A DNA stretch of 64,000 nucleotides from positions 248,001 through 312,000 of the forward strand of contig JAAOMT010000445.1 in assembly GCA_016748015.1 (NCBI GenBank), written 5' to 3'. The stretch comes from Geosiphon pyriformis uo1. Its lineage: Eukaryota; Fungi; Glomeromycota. The position numbers and the translations under genes were made by a program. Under the pieces are notes generated by a model that was not told the origin of the DNA, made no database searches, and saw only the letters and a list, made by a program, of their open reading frames with translations. Below are positions 38,642 through 51,668 of the stretch, in pieces (position 1 is the first letter of the stretch; every line of letters begins with the position of its first letter).

Positions 38642-39250
38642 ACAGTAATTTTCAAATGTTCGGGGTTTTTAATGATCAGGTTTTGAATAAATGGAGTTTT
38701 AATTTAAAAAATTTTTAACGAATTTATCAACAGTAATTTTCGAATGTTTGGGGTTTTAATGATCAGATCTTGAATAATCAGAGTTTTAATTTAATGAGTT
38801 TTTTAACGAATTTATCAAAGGTAAGTTTTGAATGTTCGGGGTTTTAATGATCGGATTTTGAATAAATGGAGTTTTAATTTAACGAGCTTTTAACGAATTT
38901 ATCAACAATAATTTTCAAATGTTCAGGGTTTTAACATTTGGGTCTTGAATAATCAGAGTTTGAATTTTAACAAGTTTTAACGAATTTATTAACAGTAAGT
39001 TTCGAATGTTTGGGGTTTTAATGATTGGGTCTTGAATAATCAGAGTTTGAATTTAACAAGTTTTAATAAATTTATCAATGGTAATTTTTGAATGTTTGGA
39101 ATTTTAACAATCGGGTCTTGAATAATTGGAGTTTGAATTTAATGAGTTTTAACAAATTTATCAATGGTAATTTTTGAATGTTCAGGGTTTTAACAATCAG
39201 ATCTTGAATAATCGGAGTTTGAATTTTAACAAGTTTTTCAAAGGTAATGG
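38642..39250. repeat. 86-88-bp tandem array inside element E (~7 units; continues degenerately at ~31480-31621)
   Basis: TTTATCAA anchor at 38723, 38811, 38898, 38985 (TTTATTAA), 39071 and 39157. Confidence 0.88.
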
Positions 39251-39373
39251 TAAAATAAGAATTTCGCGAATTCTAAGTGATTTTTTCTTGTTTTCTCTTG
39301 GTCTGCCACTTTCCTGCATGGTTGTTGCTGGTGCTGGTTTTCTGTTGGATTATACCTCACAGGGAGCACCAAA

Positions 39374-40328
39374 TGTTACAGATGATTATTTGGGGTCTCA
39401 AATCAAATAACAAACCCATAACTTGGTGCTCAATTGATATAATTGGTGTTGGTATCTCTGAAGGTGTTGTTTTATCTGAAGGTTTGATGGATCTGAAGGT
39501 TTTGTTGTGGAGTTTTTTGTATAATGGACAGAAATTTAATTGTTGTCTTCCTCGTAGCCTCCCAGAATTGCAATTCCATTGAATTTCTTTCTCAGTATGG
39601 TGGCCAGTAATCTTGGCAGAGATGTCTTTCAGTAAGCTATTCTTAAATTCTCAATTCTGATACCCTTTCTTTGGGGTCTTTTACCAGACTATCCTTGATA
39701 TTAATAACTTAGTGCTTAACTCTTTAATTAATTTAGTGAATAACAAAAAAAAATAAAAAAAAATAAAGAAAATAAAAGAAAATAAAGAAAATAAAATAAG
39801 AAATAAGTATTCTGTCAATAGCTGTGATCAAAAGCTATTGTGCCAGCAGATTAAGTAGTAGAGAATAACATAAATTTATGGATAATGGATAATTTCATTA
39901 ATATGGGAGTGATTTTTTTTCAAGTTATAGTATTTTATCTTTTGAAGAAAGAGTATTTAATCATTATGACCTGCAAGTTTAATTAACTTTGAGAGTCCTG
40001 CTGACTCTCAGTCTTTTTAACTTTTTGTCTCCTTAACTTATTTTCTAACTTCTGATACTACTGCTATATATATATAATTTGAGTTCTACAAGATTGCTCA
40101 CATTTTCGAGCAATGTGCCATGATTTCTGACATTGTTTCACATTGCTGAGCAATGTGCCTGTAATTTTTGACAATGTGCTTATTGCTGAACAATGTGCCA
40201 TAATTCTCTGATAATGCTTCACATTGCTGAGCAATGTGCTCATATGCTACATACTATTTTTTTATTGGTCTATTTTTTCTATCTGTTTTTTTCTATTATT
40301 TTCTTATATTCTTTTTCTATGAATAACA
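39374..40328 (-). repeat. 5' LTR of element E
   Basis: TGTTACAGATG...ATGAATAACA, preceded on + by CCTCACAGGGAGCACCAAA (PBS on -). Confidence 0.9.
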
Positions 40329-42547
40329 CCACTATCCAGGATTAATTTAATGTCTATTCCTCCAACTCTAGCATCAGTGTATAGAGCCATTATTGGTTTA
40401 TCCTGATTGATGGCTACTCCATTAAAAAGACTATGGGTGTTCAAATTATCGATGTCAAAAGAATATATGACAGTTAGGGTGGTGTCCTTAGTAATAGTGG
40501 CTGGTGAGATATTGCTTTTTGTTTGTTTGAAAAGTTGGAAGATTTGTTCTACATTCCTTCCTTCCATAAGTGTAGATTTATCAAAATTCTGGTCTTCCAT
40601 GAGACCGAAATAGGAAGTTTAATTTGGGTATCCAGTTGGTGCTGGTTGAGATTGTGCAAAACCACAAGGAATTGATTAAGACAGTCTACTGTTGGTTTGC
40701 ACCTAATTGTTGTTGGAATTTCTCCATCTCTGATTATAGTTTATAGTTCAAGGTCTGGGCTGGCTATAAAGAAGAGTTTGATAGTAAGGAATTGCTTGTG
40801 TTATTGGTAGTAGTTGATAATAATTTTGGGGTGAAAATTGAGTGTACAGGACTCATTGTGTGTACTAGGGGAGTGGATTTTGAGGAATGGAATATTGGGA
40901 TATCATGTTTTGCTAATATCGTGGTTGTTGGTATTAGTTTCCTTGATTTTGGTCTATTATTTTCTTTCTGCAGTCATGGGCAATGTGTCTAGGTTTTTGG
41001 CAGTAGTAACAGTTGTAGGGATCAGATCTCCAAGGTTGTTGCTGTTGCTGACAGTTCTGTTGCTGTGGATATCTGCTGTTGTTGTTATTTTTTCTCCATT
41101 GTGGTGGTTGGTAAGTTTCTGTGGTTCCAGCTAAGAATTCCTCAATTTTTTAAGTTAATTTTTCACTTAATTGGGTTATCTTTGTGTCAATGTCAAAGAT
41201 TCCATTAATGGCTAAGTTAACAGCTTGAATATAATTTGCTTCTTGTTCTGCAGACTCAAAATCATGAGTGAGATTGATTGCTTCTTGTAGGTTTACTGGA
41301 TGGCAAGGTCATATAGATTTTAGAAGATTGCTCCTTAGTCCTTTAACAAATTGATTGAGGACTTGCACAGTGGTATAATAATTCTGCTTGATGGCTAGGA
41401 TTTGTTAAAAAACCTGATTGAATCTTCCAAGATAAGTAGTTACTGCTTCATGGTTGTTTTGTTTTATTATACTGAATTGATTTTACAATTAGATGAGTAT
41501 ATTAGGGTCACAAAAGTATTGCAGAAAAGCAAGTTTAAACTCTGTAAAGGAGGTAGGCTTCTCTGCAAGGCTCTGATATCACAAATCGGTAGTTCTGGTC
41601 AGAAAAAACAGCAGTGCCTGAATTGTGTGGTTGTTGTCCCATCCGTTAGTGGTAATTGCTTTCTCGGCATCCATGATCTAAGAATATGCATTATCTTCTT
41701 CACCAGAGAATTTCTCTAATTTAGCAATATTTTAGTAGGCCATGATCTGGTTAATAAGTAGAGTGTTACTGGTTATGGTTAAGAAAATTGGTGTCTGCAT
41801 ATTCAAATGTTCTCTGGGTGCTAATGCTGGTTGTTTTTCTTTGTCACTGGAACCAATAGGTTGTAAGATAGCTGTTCCTTCTATCAGAGAAAATGCTAAT
41901 TCTGTTGGGTTTTGTGCTGGTGGCTGTTCCCAAGTTAACAAGTTTCTTTCTGTTTGACCAACTGTTGGGGTAAGATTTCCAAACAGCAATCTATATTCTC
42001 CTAGTGATTTGGTCCAACTGTATTGGTCTCAAGAGTGTGGATTTCCAAAAGTTTGTAGTATTTCTGACTGAGTTTCTGAGAGTGGATTGAATACAATTCT
42101 ACTTTGGGGTGTCTGATAATATGATGGAGTTGTTGGGGAGAGGAACCTTGGTTTCTTGTTGACTGTGAACTTGTCTTGGACAGTTGTGGGATTATTGGAT
42201 TCATTCTCATATTTCTCTGGATCAGATTCTACTGGTTGTTGTACTTGAGGGAATTATTTTGTCACATAGTGTTTAATATCTATATTAACTATTTGTAGAG
42301 TTTCAGTGATTGCTCAAATAGTAGTAGTTGTTGAGTACCCTAGTAAGCTTTGATGGATTTGTTTTCTAAGTTTTTCTGTATCAGTTGCATGGCCTAACAA
42401 GCAGTTAATTTTTGTGTTGATATAGTTGCAAAAATTACTTTCTGCAATGGTGGTTTCTGCTAGTATTCCTAAATCTTTTCAAAAGTATTAAAATAGTGCT
42501 CTTCCATATGAGGAGTGGTCCTTTCTTATTGTTTCAATAGTTGCCAC
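40329..42547 (-). pseudogene. gag: Element D Gag and protease N-half
   Basis: ORF 40304..40600 ends LILDSG at the E junction. Gag fragments 41732..41989 and 42001..42210. PBS at 42591..42606. Confidence 0.87.
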
Positions 42548-42608
42548 TTTTGTGTATCTCTGGAGTGTTCTGTCTCTGTAGATTTATAACCTTACAGGGA
42601 GCACCAAA

Positions 42609-43539
42609 TATTACAGGTAAACTGAGTAGGGTATGGTGGTAACATTTGGTGCTCTAGTTTTGGATTATCTTTTAAAGTTGTCTGTTTTTTCCACCATGTC
42701 AGTATTATCAGTCTCTGAAGATCTATTTCTGGCTGTGAATTTACTCATTGAGTTCTTTGGTTATAAGGCACAGAGTTTGTCTTTTGTTGATTGCAATGTT
42801 TTCTATAAATGTAAACTTTCTTCTCTGTGCTAACAAGCACAGTTGTTAGGATCCAACATTGTCTTTTTGTCTTTTTGATAAGCTACCAAGATAATGTTAA
42901 TATCCAAAACTTAGAAGGAGCTTTCCTCTTTTACCAGGATATCACAAAGTCTATTCCAAGACAGTTGATTTTCTTATGTTGCCACTCTAAAAAATAAAAT
43001 AAAATAAAAGAAAAAAAAAAAAAAATTTAGTTCCCGTTAATCACTATAATCAAGAGCAATTGGTCCAAATTATTAAGAGTTTAAAGCATTTATGCTAATG
43101 GCATCTGTTCCAAAACAAAAGTAAGAAATACTGATTTTAATTTCAATTAAAATCTATAAGATGGGAGAACATGAATTGGTAAATTGGATTTGGTTTTGAT
43201 AATTTATTGTATTTCAGACTATGGATATATAATAAGTATAATACAAAGTAAAATTGATTCCTAATTAACTGTTTGCCTTTTCAACTTCTACAACTACTTG
43301 CTTTTATACATTCTTTTGGTTTTACAGGATTGCTTTCAATTGCTTCACTATTGTTAGCTATTGCTTATTATTGCTAGCTATTGCTTATTATTACTAGCTA
43401 TTGCTCACATTTGCTAACTATTGCTCATTATTGCTAGCTATTGCTTGTGTTTGCTCTGTGTTACCTCAAGTTGTACCACATTTTTCTTGTCATGTTTCTT
43501 TGTCACATTTTTTCATAGCTTTTTGGTTTTTCTACTTGG
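42609..43539 (-). repeat. 5' LTR of element D (terminal 6 bp displaced to 54902..54907 by element G)
   Basis: Direct repeat of 21699..22613. Ends ...TACTTGG at the G junction and resumes TCAG-ATAACA at 54898. Confidence 0.9.
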
Positions 43540-44530
43540 TGTTATCAATAGAATTTTAGCTATTAATTAGCATGAAATTATCTTTATAATTCCTATAATT
43601 AATTAGTATATTAATATCATTTCAAATTATCATTTATTATTTTATCAATTATCACATATCACAATTCAATTATATAATCCAATTAGTATAACAAAAAGTA
43701 GAATGATCAAATTACACAATATTCTGAACTTTGTAACATTCAAAAATTCGCCAAAATTTACAGAAATTCGCCAAAATTTATAAGAAATTCATCAAAATTA
43801 TGAATAGTTCATCCAAATTAATCAATAGTTCAGCAAAATAACTTGTAATCTATTAAAATGTATCTTTAGTTTGCCAAAATTTGAGCAAAGAGAAAAAGTG
43901 CAAGTTCATAGACTAGTATTACAACAAGTTGTATAAAAGAAGAGCTTTTCTCTTCAAAAAAATGTATCTTACTTTAGATTTATTACTTAGAACTATTTCT
44001 ATATACACAAAAAAAAAAAATATCAAATAATTTGAAAAACCAAATTTTTTAATTATTGCACTTGGAAAATCCCCAAAACCCAACTAATGTTTTGAAATTG
44101 ATTAGCTACCAATTTCAGTAAACTGTTAGTGACTCCAGGCCTGAATAGAAAACGTTTCCTTTAACAGAATTCAATTTCTTTTACTTTTTTTTTACTTTTC
44201 TTTTATTTTCTTATTATAATCATCAGAGTAGCCTACAGACAAAATTCCTATAGAAGAGTTGACTTTTACAGCAAAGTAACTACACATTTTTAGTAAGCTT
44301 CCAGACAAGCAATTCCTGGGAAAGAGTTGACATTTACTACAATGTAACTACATAAAGTAACTGGCAAGGAATTGGCCATTCCACTTATAAGCCCAGCAAG
44401 TTCAAATTATAGAAGATAATTTGAAGATAAATTCAGTTATTGGAGGTTCAACTACTTCTAGAAAACGTGAATTTGCAACCAACAGACATTTACAACATTC
44501 AAGAAAAGAAACCAAAAACCTGTAGTAACA
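43540..44530 (+). repeat. 5' LTR of element G
   Basis: TGTTATCAAT...GTAGTAACA; related to the A/F LTRs. Confidence 0.92.
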
Positions 44531-44575
44531 TTTGGTGCTCTCCTACAGAAATAACACAGCAACAACAAATTCAAA

Positions 44576-47500
44576 GTAATGACCACACCAGACACAACAA
44601 CTTTAGAGTATCATTAGTCAATTTACACCCATTGCAAGCAAAGATTCAACATCCCAGACAGAATTGAAGTTGTCAAGAAATCAGTATACCAATATATTGA
44701 AAATCGCATCAACAATTATCTTTTTGGAAACTACAACATTTCAGAAGTTAGAAGCAACCTCTACAATAATTTAGTGCACTATTCACAATTGGAAACAGAA
44801 GACCTGAACAGTGAAACACTTGCTACCTACTTCCAAGAACTTAATTTTAATATTATTGAGTACTGTAAAGAAAAATACCCAGTACAGCCCAAATATTTTT
44901 TTAACTTTGAATCAAAAACAGAGACAAGCAACAAAGGTAAACAAAAAGTGAAACAATACTCAAGAACCATTCCAAACACTCCAATACTACCAAAGACAAC
45001 TGCCAAACACTTGCAAACACCTGAACAAGGAACCAGTGTCAAATTACCACTTTCTATTACACTATTTCCAATTTCACTTGTTCAACCACAAACACCAAGT
45101 TCACCACTTAACCGTTTCTCCAGACCAGAAGATTTTCAGTCACCTAGAAATCCTACTCAACAACAGGAACCAATATCAACAAGTGCCAATATCATTGATT
45201 ACTTACAGGAAAATGAAAGTAATCATTCAAAAAGCTTGGAAAGTGAAGAAACTGAACCAGAACCAGAAGAAGCCACAGAAAATGAAGAAGAAATGGCAAC
45301 TGCTTATATTGCAAAGATTTCAAAATTCATGGGTGAAAATAATGATACCAGTTCTCAAGAATGGCTTAACAAAGTTCAAAAAGCAGGAGATGCAAATGGT
45401 TGGAATGCAGCAAGAATGCTCAAAGCAATTCCATACTTTCTTCAAAAAACTGCAGGAGAATGGTTTGAAAACTTAGAAAAACCATTTGAAAACTGGCAAG
45501 CATTCAAAAATGCTTTTCTACAACAATTCACTGACAACAACACTTCTATTACTCTCAGAAACTGCTTTCACAATATCAAGCAAGAAACATTTGAAACTGT
45601 TATGACCTATCTTGAAAGATTCAACAAACTTCTCAGACAAATTTGACAATTAGAAACCAATAACTACTATTCTGATACTCAAATTCTAAATCAGTTTATA
45701 GCAGAGTTAAAAGACAAACTGATTAAGAAAGTCTGTCCACATGCTTCAACAGACTTAGCAATTGCCATTAGACATGCAAAGAATTATGAAATAACTATAG
45801 AAGAAGCAAACCACATCAAACTTGTTAACTTGGCTATTGGAGAAACCAGCTCAGCAGCTAAAGAAAAGATAGACCAACTCACAAAGAAAGTTGAAAGCTA
45901 TTTTACAAACCAGCAACAACCACAAAAATATCAACCACTACAGTGATGCAATCAAAACAACTTTGGACTATCATCCAACAACCAATCTCAAAATTGCCAC
46001 TATTGTGGAATTCCAGGACACTGGAAACGAGATTGCAGAAAACTACAAAGAGACCAACAAAACAGGAGTAATTAACATTACTTTTTACCACAACAATCTT
46101 ATTACCAACCCTCACTACCAACTTATTATTCACTAAGACCACAAATTTAAAACAGCTATTATCAACCAGCTCCACAACCAATTCAACAACAATATCAGCA
46201 ACCTTTAACAATTCAGCAATATCAGACACCACTCATTCAACAATATCAAGTACCAGCAAAAAGATTGGTTCAACATAACCAATTCACATCCCAAAATCAA
46301 TTTCAGAATAACAACAACAGAATTAATTCAAATAACCAGTTGGTTTTCCAAAATTCTGGTCAGCAAAGACCTAATCACTATTACACTCAACCCAGTTATC
46401 TTACAATACCAGAGGAATCGGATTTTCAACAACCTGTACTTTCTGAAAGTGAAGTTGCAGCACCCAGATCAAACCCTTCCAACAACACTATTCTACCAGC
46501 TCAAATTGCCCAAAATGCCAATCTTTCAGATATATTCCCATTCGAATTTGAAGCAAATAAATCACCATTCTTGCTTAGTAATGCAGCAGCTAATGAACAA
46601 AAAGCTATCACTGTCATGTACACTAAAGCTACAGTAGAAGGAAAACTCATCCGACTAATTCTAGACAGTAGATCAGCTGGAAGTATTATTACCTACCAGT
46701 TAATGCAACAGTTTCAAAGAACTGTTAACAGACCAGCCCAAACTGTAATTGTTACAGCAGATGGTATGAAAAAGACACCAGTAGGAAAAATTGACAATTT
46801 TCCATTCACCATTGATGGAATCACCATTCCAGTTAAAGTTTTAGTCATGAATGCACCCCAATATCAAGCTCTGGTCGGAAATGATTGGCTTCTTAAGGCC
46901 AATGCAAACTTGGACTGGAAAACTCAGGAATTAAAAATCTCATACCAAGGACAATACACCATAGTACCTGCTACTTGTGGTACTTTTAACAAATGATCAG
47001 AAAAAGCCCCAGTATTTGAATTTAAAGAGAAGAAAAAAATGCCACTTACTGAAACCTACATGGCTCTTGGATCAACATCCAATTGGGCTGAAAAAACAGA
47101 ACAGGGGATTTTTGAAGAATTAAGAAGATGGAAGAAAGTTAGATATTCTATACCAGAACCATAGAAACAACCATCTTATATTCTACTCAAATACAAAGAT
47201 TGCAACAAAAAACTTTCATCAATGTGAGCATGTATTTCTCCAGAAGAGAAATATGAAACTCATACCTGTTACTTTTGCAAAGCATGCCATAGAGAACGAT
47301 TTGAATCTCCAAAAAGAAGTGGAAAATAGGACAACACACCTTGCCTTACATGTGGAGATATGTTACCAGAAAAATGCAACTGGATTGATATTGCAATGAG
47401 AGGAGGAGTATGTGATCAAATCTGTCAATATGCTCTATCAATTTCAGAAAAAGTCAGAAGAGGAACACCATTTGATGTAGCATACAATAGTGCTCTCAAT

Positions 47501-50500
47501 AAACTTTACTACTACCCTCATAATACTAAAATAATTTTTGACCTAACAATGGCATTGATCAATAGAGCCACTCAAGAAGATGTCTGTCAAATAAAAGAAG
47601 CTGAATACATTGAGTATATCATGGAATTAGCTGGATTTAATTATGAAAATGAAGCAGAAACATATTACCAAATTGCAAGCCACATATATTTGACCAAAGA
47701 AGCTCAAATTTAACAATTAGAGCAAATGAATATTTAATTGTGTAAAAAATACATCATGTTTTGTGATGACCAATGGTGTTTAGAATGCTATGCTCTTAGC
47801 ATTCCTCTGCCAAATGAGAATAATGAAAATGAAATCGAATTTGGAGTATCTGAACTAGTAGAAGAACTACCAACCACCTCTATCTATCTCCTTAAAAAAC
47901 AACCACTTCTACAACTTAAATATTTTGACAACTATGGCCAAGGAATCAGACCAGAAAAAGCACACGAAATTGATGCCAGATATGACCTAAGATACCCAGA
48001 AAAAGATACTTTGGTTCTCCAACCAAAGTTTTTGACAAAAATCAATCTCAAAATTGCTCTTGAAATTCCACCTGGAGCAATAGTTCAAATTGCCTCCAGA
48101 TCATTATTGGCAAGCAAAAGAATCAATATTAGAAGAGGAGTTATAGATGCAAGATACACTGGAAACATTACCATCATGTTGCAGAATAAAACAGACAAAC
48201 CATTCAAGATTAAACATGCTGAAAAAATCACTCAAGCAATTTACCTACTGTTACCAGGTGAAAGCTATAGATTTGTAACTTCTTAACAATAACAATAGCT
48301 TTCACCTGGAACATACATATTACCATAATTATGCTACTGACTATAGCATATCATAGGTGTATAGACTATTTTAGTGAATGGAAAAGCAGAAAGAGATACA
48401 TAATAAGGTCATTAAAAGTGAAAGAAAGTATTGTTATTATTATTTGTTTTTGGGCAAGAACCAGTCTTAGGTATTTTAAAAGAAAAAGAGAAATCACATC
48501 TCTTTATATGTATCAGAAGCACAACCAGCAACAAAGAGTAAAACCAACTACTCAAAGAAATACGTAACCAGAATTCTTTCAATTAGTCATTGAAAGGGTG
48601 TGGTGTTCAAATGCCTGCTTTGAAAACGAAGTTATAGGAATTATAAAAGGAATTATGAAAGTCAAACATAACTGAAATAAATTTTGCTTAAACTTTTTAT
48701 TGTTAAGACCACTCTTTAACAATGTGATACTTTATTACTTATTTTTATATTTAACAACTTGTTTGGTGAAACAAGACTTAATGTGAAATGGTGATAACAC
48801 ATGATTTGAAAGATTGGAAGTAATAGAACAACTTGAAATGGTGATAACAAGTAAGTAAAAGATTATAAACAACATGATTCTAAATGGTGATAAGGAATAT
48901 GGGAAGACATACTTGAGATTGTGATGACAAGTATTTAGAGCATAGAAAGGGGAGAGAGAATGTAAAAAGTAAAGGAGAGGACTAACTGCTCATTATAAAA
49001 CTATAGCAAAGAGTTGGCTTAGTATTGAACTGATACTTTCCTGAGCTGACAAAGGAGCTGTATATATAGCTAAATTACATTAAATCTACATACTATATTA
49101 AAACTATTTAAAATACATCAATTATTTATATACATTTAATTAATCAATTTATAATAAGCTTACTCAGCATGTTATTTTCTCAGAGCTAGTGATTTTTAGA
49201 TGATCAGATTTAGATGGCTGGATCTAGAACATTAATTGTCAATCAATAATACCAATTGTGATTATGATCAATGTAATCAGAAATAGATTAATTGATTACA
49301 TTTCTTGGTAACTACTTTTAATCATTGATTGCAGATCTAGAATGTTAAATTGTTCTAATAAGGGCGTATGAAAATTTTAGAGCATAACAAAATCTGTTGT
49401 TATCTGATTACATACATCAATTATTCATTTCTATTGGTGTTTCTTAGTTTGCCAAGATTTCTTTATATTCAACTTAGTTAAACTGTTGGATTGTGCCATA
49501 TTTCTTTGTTGTAATTAGATTAATTGCTGATCATTTATTTCCAGATTGCCAGCTGATTTTGTTGATTAAGTGCAATGATGTAGGTCTTTTTCGCATGATT
49601 TTGATGTTAATTTCTATTGTATGTGTTGTAATTTTTGCATTGAAAAGTGTAAAAATCTTCTGGTAACACTACCCTTAATCAATATTTCGGGTCTACAATC
49701 AGTTAACAACAAAAAACAATTGGAAAAAAGTGAAAGAGGAACTCAAGGTTTTGGTTCAACTGAACAATTTACAGTTCCAGTAAACATAGCTCTTAAAATA
49801 CAAAATGAATCTTACCAGATTTTTCAACTTCCCCAACCAATTACCATTTCATCTTTTGGAGAACATCACGAAATTTACACTTGCTCAAAATCCACTACTA
49901 TCCAACAAATCTTTAAATTCAATGAACAAATCTGTTTGAAGCATGGAATCTCAATTCCAAACGTTTATATTCCCAAAAGAATGAAAAAATTTTGAGTTAC
50001 ATTCTATAATCCCAATAATTACCCTATTGTCTTATTAAACAAATTAAAGATTGGAATCATACACAGCAATATTTTTCAAGATGAAAACCCTCAAATTGTC
50101 TCTAATTTCATTGAAATTGTAAAGCACATTCTACTCCCAAATCCAAATATCATTCCCAATACTGAAAACTACCACTTGTTGGAAGAAAAACTCTCTTGAA
50201 TCAATATGGGTCTCTTAAAACCTCAACAACAAAGACAATTGAAACAATTAATAGCTGAATTTGCAGATATATTTGCAAAAGACAACAATAACCTGGGAAA
50301 AACGGATATCATTCAACATCAGATTCATACAAGAGATGCTCCACCAAAATATTAGCAAGCTTACAGAGTGCCACCTGCCAGTTACCAATTTATCAGAGAA
50401 GAAGTCCAGAGAATGCTTAATAACGGATTGATTCAACCATCAAGAAGTTCTTGGGCCTCACCAGTAGTTTTTGTCAAAAAGAAAAATAGAAAAATCAGAT

Positions 50501-51612
50501 TTTGTGTTGACTATTGCCAATTGAACAGTGTGACAATTGAAGATGCTTACTCTCTTCCAAAAATTGATGACATATTAGATGCTTTAGGAAAAGCCAAGTT
50601 CTTCTCAACTTTGGACTTGAAAAGTGAATACTGGCAAGTCAAAATGGACCCAAAAGACCGACCCAAAACAGCATTTACCACTTAAAGAGGAAACTATGAG
50701 TTCAATGTTATGCCTTTTGGACTCTGCAATGCACCAGCAACATTTTAGTGACTCATAGATGTTGTATATGAAGGGCTCTTGTGGCAATCAGTAGTTGTTT
50801 ATCTTGATAACACTGATGTATACTCACTAAGCTTTGAAGCCCACCTCATTCACCTGTGAGAAGTTTTTCAACGATTATGAAAAGCAGGATTAAAGTTAAA
50901 CATTGAAAAATGTCACTTTGGAAAAACAAGCTTGATTTTTCTTGGACACATAGTTAGTAAAGATGGAGTCAAACCAAACCCAGGAACAATCAGTGCTGTC
51001 AAAAACTTTCAAACTCCCAGAAATACCACAGAACTACAAGGATTTGTAGGATTAACCTCTTATTATCAAAAATTCATAAAAAGATTCTCAGAAATTGCCA
51101 AACCACTCAATTATCTTACCAACAAAAATGTGCCATACAAATGGACTGAAGAACAACAAAAAGCTTTTGAAACTCTCAAAACAAAATTGACAACAGCCCC
51201 AGTTCTTGCTTACTCAGACTTCAACAAACGGTTCCAATTAGTCACTGATGCTTCATACATAGTATTTGGTGCCATTTTATCACAATTGGATGAAAATGGA
51301 CAAGAGCAAGTCATCGTCTATGCTAGTAGAACACTCAAACCAACAGAACTAAAATATGGCTCAACTGAATTAGAAGCTGCTACAGTTATCTGGGCTCTTA
51401 AACATTTTTAACAATATCTGAAGAATGGAAAAGAATTTGACATCATAACTGACAATATTGGTCTCAAATAGCTTAATAAAAAGAAAATTGAACAAAGTGC
51501 CAAACAGTCTCAATGGAATGACTTCTTAGCAGACTACAAATATATTGTACACCACAAACCAGGAAAAATACACACTAATGTTGACAGTCTCTTAAGGATG
51601 AGACAATATTAA
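44576..51612 (+). pseudogene. gag-pol: Element G Gag-PR-Cys-rich-dUTPase-RT-RNaseH, single reading frame with premature stops
   Basis: ORFs starting at 44774, 46265, 47360 and 47738 share a frame. ORFs at 49621, 50368 and 50932 join that frame once the 1424-bp insertion plus TSD is removed. dUTPase ERGTQGFGS is intact after the insertion. Confidence 0.93.
48249..49668. mobile_element. 1.42-kb solo-LTR-like element, copy 2, inserted in the G dUTPase
   Basis: TGTTACCAGG...TTCTGGTAACA, perfect TSD CTAC/CTAC. The host frame rejoins as QAIYLPLINIS. Confidence 0.92.
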
Positions 51613-51668
51613 TACCAACATCAATACCAACAAATTTAACAGCAGAACAAACAACAAAATCAACAACA

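Larger units (their letters stand above)
29727..40328 (-). mobile_element. Non-autonomous LTR element E (~3.6 kb without F), inserted in the element D protease active-site codons
   Basis: LTRs 29727..30730 and 39374..40328, PBS 39355..39371, PPT 30731..30746, TSD CTGC/CCAC. The interior holds only Gag and dUTPase scraps plus tandem repeats. Confidence 0.9.

Noticed and set aside
38642-39250. CRISPR-like array
   Set aside because: Units are head-to-tail with no unique spacers, there are no cas genes, and the context is a eukaryotic retroelement.
44576-47000. Programmed gag-pol frameshift
   Set aside because: In F and G the Gag and protease fragments are in one frame, and in G so are the downstream Pol fragments.
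48331-48567. Small protein encoded by the 1.42-kb element (also 24685..24867)
   Set aside because: Start codons differ between copies and there are no motifs; similarity is expected from DNA homology alone.
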